Notes under the pieces: model-generated | The model's input: only the letters and a program-made list of their open reading frames with translations | Databases searched by the model: none | What the model was told of the DNA's origin: nothing | Assembly (NCBI GenBank): GCA_001831095.1 | Contig: MIDP01000013.1 | Location: 2,364 to 66,363 of the forward strand | Length of the DNA stretch: 64,000 nt | Source: Verrucomicrobia bacterium GWF2_51_19 | Lineage (GTDB): Bacteria; Verrucomicrobiota; Verrucomicrobiia; Opitutales; UBA12508 | Direction of reading: 5' to 3' | Shown here: in pieces, positions 28,606 through 37,503 of the stretch | How the letters are laid out: every line of letters begins with the position of its first letter | Numbering within the stretch: position 1 is the stretch's first letter | Position numbers and translations under genes: made by a program

Positions 28606-29652
28606 ATGTTAACCCTCTGGAGTCACATGCACGCCTTGCCCATTCTCATTTTCCCGGCCTACCAACCACTGCCGTCCTTGCTGGGTTGCGTACGGGCGCT
28701 CATGGGCAAATATAAGATTATCGTTGTAGACGATGGTTCCACTTCGCCAGAGAGCCAGGATATTTTTAAAGAAATCGAAACGCTCCCATCAGTTATTTTC
28801 CTGCGTCATGCCGTAAACATGGGTAAGGGTGCCGCTTTGAAGACGGTCTTTAATTACACCTTACTCCATTTTCCGAAAGTTCCAGGTGTCGTCACGGCCG
28901 ATGCCGATGGCCAACATACCGTCGAAGACATTGACCGCATCGCCCAAGCACTGATGCAGGCCCCTTCTCAGTTGATCCTTGGGACGCGTCATTTTTCAAA
29001 AAATGTGCCATTTCGAAATTATTTCGGAAACAAGGTAACAAGTTTTGTTTGCAGTTATTTTGTAGGCCGCCGTGTCAGTGATACACAGACGGGACTCCGT
29101 GGTATTCCGCTAAAAATGTTACCACAATGCCTGCAAATCGATGCCAACCGCTACGATTTTGAACTCGAAATGCTTCTGGTTGCTAAAAACGCGATACGGG
29201 CTGTTCCGATCGCCACACTCTATGGAAACGATGCATCCTCTTCGTTTCATCCGATTTTAGATTCAGTCAGGGTCTATTTTGTCTTCTTGCGCTTTGCAAC
29301 CTCTTCACTCGTGACTAGCGCCCTAGACTTTCTCGTCTTTTCGGCAACCATGGCCCTCACGCAACGCTTATTTGCCAGTTTTCTATGCGCCCGCGTGGCT
29401 TCGATTATCTTTAACTTCTGTGTCAATAAGACGCTTGTGTTCAAGTCTCACGATAAACCTTGGCATGAATTGGCCAAATACCTCCTGATCGCAACCGCCC
29501 TCTTATGGTATGGCTATCAATCGACGGGGTGGTTGGTTCAACACTGGCATTGGAACGTTTATGTGGCGAAGATTTTCGTAGAATCCTTTATTTTTGCATT
29601 GAGTTTTTTAGCACAAAGTCTTTGGTGCTTTCACCGTCCGTATAAAAAATGA
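28606..29652 (+). CDS. Family 2 glycosyltransferase fused to a GtrA-like membrane domain (polyprenol-phosphate sugar synthase type)
   Basis: GT-A fold with VVDDGS and ADADGQH motifs, and four C-terminal TM helices of GtrA type. Confidence 0.85.
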   Translation: MLTLWSHMHALPILIFPAYQPLPSLLGCVRALMGKYKIIVVDDGSTSPESQDIFKEIETLPSVIFLRHAVNMGKGAALKTVFNYTLLHFPKVPGVVTADADGQHTVEDIDRIAQALMQAPSQLILGTRHFSKNVPFRNYFGNKVTSFVCSYFVGRRVSDTQTGLRGIPLKMLPQCLQIDANRYDFELEMLLVAKNAIRAVPIATLYGNDASSSFHPILDSVRVYFVFLRFATSSLVTSALDFLVFSATMALTQRLFASFLCARVASIIFNFCVNKTLVFKSHDKPWHELAKYLLIATALLWYGYQSTGWLVQHWHWNVYVAKIFVESFIFALSFLAQSLWCFHRPYKK

Positions 29653-30275
29653 AAAAAACAGACTGGGATATTCATTACCTCTCTCCATCGAAGTTCACAA
29701 TATACTCTCGTTGGGTAACCAAACGGCTATTAATTCGCACCCTCAAAAAATGGCTGCCAACACAGGGAACGATTGCCGAACTGGGTGGAGCTGGCAGCTG
29801 TACCTATCAAGGCATTCGAGAAAATTGTCAATGCAGCCGGTATGTCATGGTCGACATCAACGACGTCGGCTTGGAAATGGTCAAAAAAAGGCTCCTGTCT
29901 CCCCATGATGCCTGCTGGAAGCAAGACCTGACGGTACCCATTGAAAACCCGCCTGAAGTCTTTGATCTCGTTTTCAGCGTGGGTCTCATCGAGCACTTTG
30001 ACATTGCCCTCACAAAACGCGTGATTGACAACCATTTTGCCCTCACAAAAAAAGGCGGTATCGTCCTCATGACCTACCCAACGCCGACCCTGCCGTACAA
30101 AATTACGCGGTTTATTCTCGAAAAAACATCCAACTGGATCTTTTTTGACGAGAGGCCACTCAAGGCGCCCGAGGTGGTTGCCGATATCCAATCGGCAGGC
30201 GGCGAAGTGCTCTCTCACTTCATCAACTATGGTATCCCTCTAACCCAGGGTTACGTCATTGCACGAAAAGCATGA
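29649..30275 (+). CDS. Class I SAM-dependent methyltransferase
   Basis: Gly-rich motif I (IAELGGAGS) and a Rossmann-like pattern. ATGA overlaps at both ends. Confidence 0.75.
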   Translation: MKKTDWDIHYLSPSKFTIYSRWVTKRLLIRTLKKWLPTQGTIAELGGAGSCTYQGIRENCQCSRYVMVDINDVGLEMVKKRLLSPHDACWKQDLTVPIENPPEVFDLVFSVGLIEHFDIALTKRVIDNHFALTKKGGIVLMTYPTPTLPYKITRFILEKTSNWIFFDERPLKAPEVVADIQSAGGEVLSHFINYGIPLTQGYVIARKA

Positions 30276-32305
30276 GCCTTGCAGGACACCTATTGTTGAC
30301 AATTCTGGGTCTCAGTGGTCTTTTCGTTTTTAGCGAAAGGCAGCTGAATGTTCCACGACACCTTGTTCCAGCCTTTACGCTGTTCGGCATCATAAGCTGG
30401 TTGCATATCGGTCTCTGCCTGGATGTCTTGCCATACGGGACTTGGGGCCTATACATTCTCTCGCTGGGCGCACTCATCTACAATGCCATTCGTGTTCGAC
30501 ACGTCGGAAAACTCTTTGGCGTTGAATACCGTTATTTCTGGCTCTTTGCACTGATGTTGCTATCGGTTTGCTTCAGCAGTTTTTATCACACATGGGATGA
30601 ATTTTCGCATTGGGGCCTCGTTCCAAAAACGCTCCTATTACATAAGTCCTGGATCACTTTCCAAGTCGGCTGTCGAGAATACCCGCCTGGATCTGGTTTG
30701 ATGCACAGCTTTATCTGTTCGCTGATGGGTGGTTTTCATGAAGGTATCACGTATTGGAGCATGTCGCTATTGTTGCTCTCTCTTTGGTTTGTTTTTTTGG
30801 GGAAACTGCGCTGGAACCGGCTGCCACACGTATGGATTTTGCTGTGTGTGTCGACGTACGTTCTCTGGATGCATTTTACGGGCATTCGAACAAGGTGGTT
30901 TCTTTTAGGAATTGGTGTGGGCTTTGGACTCTATTGTCTTTTTAAAAACAAAGACAACCGATTGCGCCTCTTGCCATATGCCTTGTTTGTTCACCTCTGG
31001 ATCTACCTGATCTTTTTCTCTGCGTTTGGTGCCAGCGTACGGTCTTTGTATGTCGACCTTCTTCTCGCGGCAACCTTTGCAGCCGCCATTGTCATTTACT
31101 TTACAACGGATCGCTTGTGGATGCTACCACTCTTGTTTGCGCTTCCTGCGATTAAAAAATCGGGACTGTTTTTGGCTGCCCTCGTATTGGGCTTTTGTTT
31201 ATTAGACTGGGCTTTTCAAAATGGACTACTTTGCTTTCGCAAAAAAACTTGGCCGCAATGGCCCAGGCACGCTCTGAAAAAGGGACTTATCTGGTTAGCC
31301 TTGATTTTAACACCTTTTATAGCCACCACCTTGTGGCATCGGGTGGAATTAAGTATTAAAGCTCGGCAGACCTTTCCCCTTCAGCCGATCACGCCAACGA
31401 GGATAGCTACCAGTTTTTCGCCACAAGCGACGGCCAGAGATTCCCTAACGATTGCCAATTTTAAGAAGGCCTTGACAGAAAGAAACGTCGCTCCAGGGTT
31501 TAAAAAGTACGAACGCATCAAGCGTTTTTTGAATCACCTGATGGGCATTTCGACGCCCGCTAACTCGGCCTGGTTGCTTATTGTTTTTACCACAGTCTGC
31601 TTTGTTCTATTAGGCTTTTGGCAGAGGACGTGGATGCAAAAAGGCCGCCTTTGGCTCTTTGCGGGCAGTTTTCTTGTTGGGCTTGCGCTCTATGCCTGCA
31701 GTCTCTTGGTGCTGTATCTCTACTCATTTTCCGAATACGAAGGCGTCCGTTTGGCTTCTTTTGAGCGCTACATGAGCACTTACTTGCTCGCCGGAATATT
31801 GATTGTATTTGCATTTATGACGCGGAGCTTGACGCGAAAACGGGCGTGGATACCATTGCTCTTCTTCTGCTTTCTGTGGACGAGCCTGCGCCCTGTAGAT
31901 TATCGTAATTTATGGAATACTATTCCAAAGCCCGGTGATCGCCAAATCACCGAAGATCTCCTACTGGAATTCCCAAACATTCCTCCAAAGGCTCGTGTCT
32001 TTATGGTTTGGCAAAATTCGTCTGGAATCCAATCGCTTTTTGCGCGATTTGGCCTTTTCCCAAGGGTACTATCGTGCTACTCTCTAGGCGCTCCTTACTC
32101 CGATAAGGATATTTGGACTCAAAATTGGACACCCGAACAGTTGTCAGGAACATTGAAGCAGTTCGATTATCTATTATTGGCAAACGTCGATGACCGTTTT
32201 TGGCACGACTATGGACACCTGTTTGCAGAAAAAAACCAAAAGGGCCATTGGTATATTTTAACGAAAGAAGCGGCGAATCTCCGCATTGCGCCACTACCCA
32301 ATTAA
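30272..32305 (+). CDS. Large polytopic membrane protein, possible GT-C-type glycosyltransferase
   Basis: 677 aa with more than 10 predicted TM helices in two blocks. It follows the GT2-GtrA fusion, the arrangement seen in Gtr/Arn-type periplasmic glycosylation modules. No catalytic motif verified. Confidence 0.7.
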   Translation: MSLAGHLLLTILGLSGLFVFSERQLNVPRHLVPAFTLFGIISWLHIGLCLDVLPYGTWGLYILSLGALIYNAIRVRHVGKLFGVEYRYFWLFALMLLSVCFSSFYHTWDEFSHWGLVPKTLLLHKSWITFQVGCREYPPGSGLMHSFICSLMGGFHEGITYWSMSLLLLSLWFVFLGKLRWNRLPHVWILLCVSTYVLWMHFTGIRTRWFLLGIGVGFGLYCLFKNKDNRLRLLPYALFVHLWIYLIFFSAFGASVRSLYVDLLLAATFAAAIVIYFTTDRLWMLPLLFALPAIKKSGLFLAALVLGFCLLDWAFQNGLLCFRKKTWPQWPRHALKKGLIWLALILTPFIATTLWHRVELSIKARQTFPLQPITPTRIATSFSPQATARDSLTIANFKKALTERNVAPGFKKYERIKRFLNHLMGISTPANSAWLLIVFTTVCFVLLGFWQRTWMQKGRLWLFAGSFLVGLALYACSLLVLYLYSFSEYEGVRLASFERYMSTYLLAGILIVFAFMTRSLTRKRAWIPLLFFCFLWTSLRPVDYRNLWNTIPKPGDRQITEDLLLEFPNIPPKARVFMVWQNSSGIQSLFARFGLFPRVLSCYSLGAPYSDKDIWTQNWTPEQLSGTLKQFDYLLLANVDDRFWHDYGHLFAEKNQKGHWYILTKEAANLRIAPLPN

Positions 32306-32378
32306 AGCTTTTTACAACGGTCACAATCCGTTGCTATTTTGCTGCAGATCTTGACAGGCTACCTATATTCTCACCATA

Positions 32379-34016
32379 ATGCTTCACAAAAGACCGTTGT
32401 ACTTTTGTTGTTTAATTAGCACCTCCATGCTCCTTCTTTTCAACACCCTGAGACACCTGCGTTTTCGGCAGATTTTTTACCGGATCTATTACAGATGTCG
32501 GCCGTTGAAAATCCGCCCCATCCAAGCACCGCCCGTGCGCCTCTGGCCAGAATCGTGGAATGCCCCGCGATGGAAGCCCGCCTGTTTGTCGACCAACACC
32601 TTTCATTGCCTCAATCGAACACAATCAATCGAATCACCGCAGATTTGGAATGATCCCAAGCAGCCAAAACTCTGGCTCTACCACTTGCACTATTTCGATG
32701 ACCTCAACGCCGTCAACCCAATCAACCTGGACAACTGGGTTCAACGTTGGATCAATGAAAACCCGTGTGGCTGCGGTTGGGAGCCCTACCCATTGTCATT
32801 GCGGATCGTCAACTGGGTCCAGTGGCTGAAGGGCGCAGGGAAGGATAACACGCTCATATTGAACAGCTTAGCGACACAAGCAGAGGCCTTGTCGACGCGG
32901 TTGGAGTTTCATCTTTTGGGGAATCATCTCTGGGCCAATGCCAAGGCGCTGGTCTTCGCCGGGGCCTTTTTTGAGGGATTAGGAGAACGGTGGTTGCAAC
33001 GTGGCCTCGCTCTTTTAGACCGTGAACTCGCTCAATTTTTACCTGACGGTGGGCATTTTGAACGTTCGCCCATGTATCATGCCATTTTGACCTGGGACCT
33101 ATGTGACTGCATTCATTTGGCTCAAGTGTCGCAATTGCCAGACCTGCTCGATCGCGTGCCCGTTTGGGAAAAAACCTTAGAGCGGGCGTATCTTTGGTTG
33201 CGTGGCATGACGCATCCAGACGGCGACATCAGCTTTTTCAATGATGCCACCTTGGGAGTAGCCCCCACTCTAGCCTCAATCAAGACATATATTCAAAAAC
33301 TGTGCCCGGACTTTTCTTGGCCATCGAGCTCCGATGAGCTGCAAATATTTCCCGACAGCGGCTATATTCGAGTTGCCTTTCCACATGGCGTTGCCCTCAT
33401 CGATGTTGGCCCGCTCGGTCCCGATTTTCTACCGGGTCACGGTCATGCAGACACGTTGAGTTTCGAGCTCAGCCTGTACGGGCAACGCGTGTTTGTAAAC
33501 TCCGGCATTTCCACGTACGAAACCAACGCCGATCGACTTTCACAGCGTGGAACAGCGGCCCACAACACCCTGACTATCAACAACAAAGATTCATCTGAAG
33601 TATGGTCGAGTTTCCGTGTTGCCCGACGAGCACGGCCGCAATTTCAAACTCAGAAAACACCGGTCGTCATCGAAGCCAGCCACGATGGTTACCGACGTTT
33701 GGCGACAAAAAACACGCACCGGCGTAGTTGGCAGTTTTCTGATCAAACCATCGAGATTACAGACAGCATCGACGGTCCCTTTGAGACCGCTACCGCCTAT
33801 TTTTACCTGCATCCCGCAATCAGTGCAAAAAATACCGACACACATGTCACATTATCCTTGCCCAATGGGCCCACCCTAGCTTTTATGATCGACGGTGGAA
33901 CGCTCACTCTGCTACCGAATAAGTGGCATTGTGGGTTTTATAAATCCGTTCCAAACACGTGCCTCGTTATCTCTCTCAAAAACCCCAACCTACGAACCAC
34001 GCTTAGCTGGAAGTGA
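32379..34016 (+). CDS. Heparinase II/III-like family protein (paralog 1)
   Basis: Motifs ..GNHLWANAKALVFAG.., GHGHADTLSFEL and AAHNTLTINN are shared with the ORF at 42244. The true start may be M at 32427. Confidence 0.8.
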   Translation: MLHKRPLYFCCLISTSMLLLFNTLRHLRFRQIFYRIYYRCRPLKIRPIQAPPVRLWPESWNAPRWKPACLSTNTFHCLNRTQSIESPQIWNDPKQPKLWLYHLHYFDDLNAVNPINLDNWVQRWINENPCGCGWEPYPLSLRIVNWVQWLKGAGKDNTLILNSLATQAEALSTRLEFHLLGNHLWANAKALVFAGAFFEGLGERWLQRGLALLDRELAQFLPDGGHFERSPMYHAILTWDLCDCIHLAQVSQLPDLLDRVPVWEKTLERAYLWLRGMTHPDGDISFFNDATLGVAPTLASIKTYIQKLCPDFSWPSSSDELQIFPDSGYIRVAFPHGVALIDVGPLGPDFLPGHGHADTLSFELSLYGQRVFVNSGISTYETNADRLSQRGTAAHNTLTINNKDSSEVWSSFRVARRARPQFQTQKTPVVIEASHDGYRRLATKNTHRRSWQFSDQTIEITDSIDGPFETATAYFYLHPAISAKNTDTHVTLSLPNGPTLAFMIDGGTLTLLPNKWHCGFYKSVPNTCLVISLKNPNLRTTLSWK

Positions 34017-35170
34017 ATATCCTCGTCTTAACGCTCAACTACATACCCGATCTCTCTGCCGGATCGTTTCGTGTGACGGCCCTTGTGGAAGCTTTAAGAC
34101 AAGCACCTCAATGTTCGGTTGACGTCGTAACGGCTCTCCCCAATCGTTACAGCGGCTTTTGTCCAAAAATCCAGGAGGACCCAGAGGGTTTCAACATTCA
34201 CCGGATCGCCCTGCCCCAACACAAGGGAACGTTGATCAGCCAAGTGCGCGCCTATCGGCATTTTATTGCAGGCGTATTGGACTACACAAAAAACAAGCAT
34301 TACAACTGCGTCGTCGCGTCGTCGTCTAGGCTCATGACAGCCGTTTTAGGCGCCATCATAGCAAAAAAAACGCGGGCCAAACTGTACCTCGATATACGCG
34401 ATATCTTTGCCGAGAGCCTGCCAGACGTTCTTCCACTGAAGCTGGGGTACGCGCTCAAGCCACTTTTGTCGTGTTTGGAACGCTGGGCGATTGGACGTGC
34501 GGACCGAGTCAACCTCGTTTCCGAAGGCTTTTTGGAATACTTCCAAAAACGTTACCCGAAGCGGTCATTCACTTGTTGGACTAACGGTGTCGATTCCGAG
34601 TTCTGCTCATTGAGTTCAAAGCAACCAGGACCTATCTTGAACATTCTATACGCAGGCAACATCGGACTTGCCCAGGGCTTGCACCTCATTGTACCGCAGT
34701 TGGCCAAACGTTTGGAGCATCGGGCGCGCTTTACCCTTATTGGAAGCGGAAACGGACTGCGTAAGCTCACACGCGAACTCGAAAAACAACGCGTTGACAA
34801 CGTTGATTTACTGCCGCCGCAGGAACGAAAAACCCTGGTTGAATCGTATGAAAACGCAGATATTCTATTTTTACATTTGACAACACAAAAGGCTTTTCTC
34901 AAAGTACTGCCCTCAAAGCTCTTTGAGTATGCCGCGACTGGAAAACCCATTTGGGCCGGTTTGGCAGGATACGCCGCTCGCTTTGTCTCGAGTCAAATAG
35001 AGAATGCCGCTCTCTTTGACCCAGAAAACGTCGAGCAAGCACTCTCTGCCCTAGATCGCCTCAATCGGGAATCGACGCCCAGGACGGACTTTGTCGCGCG
35101 TTACTCTCGAGAGACCCTCAGTCGTCAAATAGCCAAAGATATTATTGATGTCTCCAAACAGTCAGTTTAA
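34013..35170 (+). CDS. Family 4 (GT-B) glycosyltransferase, WbuB-like
   Basis: GT4 architecture with the C-terminal E..(x7)..E-type segment (LPSKLFEYAATGKPI). GTGA overlap with the upstream gene. Confidence 0.85.
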   Translation: MNILVLTLNYIPDLSAGSFRVTALVEALRQAPQCSVDVVTALPNRYSGFCPKIQEDPEGFNIHRIALPQHKGTLISQVRAYRHFIAGVLDYTKNKHYNCVVASSSRLMTAVLGAIIAKKTRAKLYLDIRDIFAESLPDVLPLKLGYALKPLLSCLERWAIGRADRVNLVSEGFLEYFQKRYPKRSFTCWTNGVDSEFCSLSSKQPGPILNILYAGNIGLAQGLHLIVPQLAKRLEHRARFTLIGSGNGLRKLTRELEKQRVDNVDLLPPQERKTLVESYENADILFLHLTTQKAFLKVLPSKLFEYAATGKPIWAGLAGYAARFVSSQIENAALFDPENVEQALSALDRLNRESTPRTDFVARYSRETLSRQIAKDIIDVSKQSV

Positions 35171-36278
35171 AGTGTTAGTCGTCATGGGAACGCGGCCTGA
35201 AGCCATCAAGCTCGTGCCCGTCATCCGAGAATTGAAAAAGCGCGACATGGATGTCAAGGTCTGTGTGACGGCGCAGCACCGGGAAATGCTCGACCAGGTT
35301 TTAACGCTTTTTAATGTTGTTCCGGACTTCGACCTCAATATTATGAAGCCGCATCAGGACATCACCGATGTGACGACACAGGTGTTAGTCGGTATGCGGC
35401 AAGTATTGGGGGCTTGTCGACCGGATGTGGTCCTGGTTCACGGCGACACCACCACGGCCATGGCAACCGCGCTGGCATCCTTTTACCAGAAAATCCCCGT
35501 TGGGCACATCGAAGCGGGCCTGCGTTCGGGAAACCGCTATTCTCCTTGGCCAGAAGAGATCAACAGGCAACTCGTAGGCACCTTGAGCACTCTCCATTTT
35601 TGTCCAACGGAATCGGCACGACAAAACCTCTTGAAGGAGGGTGTTGATCCCTCCATTCTCCACGTAACAGGCAATACCGTCATCGACACTCTTTTAGAAG
35701 TCAACACACGTATCGAAGCAGACGCGGGATTGCAGCATTCTCTCGAAAAGAGCTTGGCGCTGGAGGGTCGCAAAATGATTCTCGTTACGATGCATCGGCG
35801 AGAACATTTCGGCCAAACATTTGAAAATATCTGCTTGGCTCTCAAAGACATTGCACAAAAAGACGTTCAAATCGTATACCCCGTTCATCCCAATCCCAAC
35901 ACCCGCGAACCCGCACAACGTCTTTTGGGAGGCATCGAAAACATACATTTGATTGAGCCCCAAGAGTACCTATCTTTTGTCTACCTCATTCGACGCAGTT
36001 TCCTGATTCTAACCGATAGCGGCGGGCTTCAAGAGGAAGCGCCATCCCTACACAAGCCTGTCTTGGTTGTGCGCAATAACACGGAACGTCCAGAAGGCGT
36101 CGAGGCGGGAGCTGTAAAGTTGGTAGGCACCGAAAGGGCAAACATTTTTCGAGAAACCCTCAATTTGTTAGAAAACACACGCGCTTATGAGGCGATGACC
36201 ACCGTAAACAACCCATATGGGGATGGTCATGCGGCCGAGCGCATTGCAGATATATTGGTTCGTCATGCATCTAGATAA
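35148..36278 (+). CDS. wecB: UDP-N-acetylglucosamine 2-epimerase (non-hydrolysing)
   Basis: Motifs VMGTRPEAIKLVP, HVEAGLRS-like (HIEAGLRSG), DSGGLQEE and NPYGDGHAAERI. Confidence 0.92.
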   Translation: MSPNSQFKVLVVMGTRPEAIKLVPVIRELKKRDMDVKVCVTAQHREMLDQVLTLFNVVPDFDLNIMKPHQDITDVTTQVLVGMRQVLGACRPDVVLVHGDTTTAMATALASFYQKIPVGHIEAGLRSGNRYSPWPEEINRQLVGTLSTLHFCPTESARQNLLKEGVDPSILHVTGNTVIDTLLEVNTRIEADAGLQHSLEKSLALEGRKMILVTMHRREHFGQTFENICLALKDIAQKDVQIVYPVHPNPNTREPAQRLLGGIENIHLIEPQEYLSFVYLIRRSFLILTDSGGLQEEAPSLHKPVLVVRNNTERPEGVEAGAVKLVGTERANIFRETLNLLENTRAYEAMTTVNNPYGDGHAAERIADILVRHASR

Positions 36279-37503
36279 CACTAAAACAATCGTCATTATA
36301 GGACTCGGCTATATCGGATTGCCGACAGCTGCTGTCTTTGCGAGCCATGGCGTGAAAGTCATTGGCGTCGACGTCAACCCCAACACCGTCAGCACCATCA
36401 ATAGTGGCAACGCACACATCGTTGAGCCCGACCTCAATGGTCTCGTCTACGGCGTGACGCACGAAGGCCTCCTCAAGGCGCAGACAAAACCCGCAGAGGG
36501 GGATGCCTTCATTATCGCCGTTCCAACGCCGTTTAAAGGGGACCATCAGCCAGACCTTTCTTATGTGCGGGCAGCCGTCGAGTCGATTGCACCCTTCTTG
36601 CGCCAGGGCAACGTCGTCATTCTCGAATCGACATCGCCCGTTGGAACAGTAGATGAGATGGCCTCCTGGCTCGAAAAGGCGCGCCCCGACTTGAAATGCA
36701 AGGGGGACGATTCCGACATCCACCTCGCCTACTGTCCCGAACGCGTGTTGCCAGGTCATATTTTAAAAGAGCTCGTTGAAAATGACCGCATCATTGGTGG
36801 ACTGACTCCAATTGCGTCAGAAAAAGCAGCCGAATTATACCGCATTTTTGTCCAAGGCGAGTGCATTTTGACCGACGCCCGCACCGCGGAGATGTCGAAG
36901 TTGACAGAAAACGCTTTTCGCGACGTCAACATCGCTTTTGCAAACGAATTATCGCTGATCTGTGACAAGCTCGATATCGATATCTGGGAGCTCATACGGC
37001 TGGCCAACCGGCATCCGCGGGTTAAAATCCTGCAACCCGGGCCGGGAGTTGGCGGACATTGCATTGCGGTTGACCCCTGGTTTATCGTCAACAAGACACC
37101 CGAAGAGGCCCAACTGATACGGACAGCCCGCGAAGTCAATAATCGCAAACCACATGTCGTTTTGGAAAAAATTCTGCAAGCGGCAGCAGACGTGCACAGC
37201 CCCACGATTGCCTGTTTCGGTCTCGCCTTTAAGCCAGACATCGACGATTTACGCGAGAGTCCCGCGGTAGAAATTGTGGAACAGTTGGCCAGGCATAAGG
37301 TCAAGGTGTGCGTCGTCGAGCCCTACATAGATACCCTTCCAATGGCCTTAACTGCATACAAAAACGTCCGACTGACTGATTGTGAAACGGCCTTAAACGA
37401 GACCGACGTCGTTGTCATGTTTGTCAAACACCGCGCGTTTACCGAAATCGATCGGTCCCAATTGAGTCAAAGAATCCTCGATGTCTGTGGGGTGTGGCAA
37501 TGA
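36265..37503 (+). CDS. wecC: UDP-N-acetyl-D-mannosamine dehydrogenase (UDP-sugar 6-dehydrogenase family)
   Basis: N-terminal GLGYIGLP NAD-binding motif and the catalytic Cys segment GGHCI. The start at MHLDNTK overlaps the wecB end by 14 nt. Confidence 0.9.
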   Translation: MHLDNTKTIVIIGLGYIGLPTAAVFASHGVKVIGVDVNPNTVSTINSGNAHIVEPDLNGLVYGVTHEGLLKAQTKPAEGDAFIIAVPTPFKGDHQPDLSYVRAAVESIAPFLRQGNVVILESTSPVGTVDEMASWLEKARPDLKCKGDDSDIHLAYCPERVLPGHILKELVENDRIIGGLTPIASEKAAELYRIFVQGECILTDARTAEMSKLTENAFRDVNIAFANELSLICDKLDIDIWELIRLANRHPRVKILQPGPGVGGHCIAVDPWFIVNKTPEEAQLIRTAREVNNRKPHVVLEKILQAAADVHSPTIACFGLAFKPDIDDLRESPAVEIVEQLARHKVKVCVVEPYIDTLPMALTAYKNVRLTDCETALNETDVVVMFVKHRAFTEIDRSQLSQRILDVCGVWQ

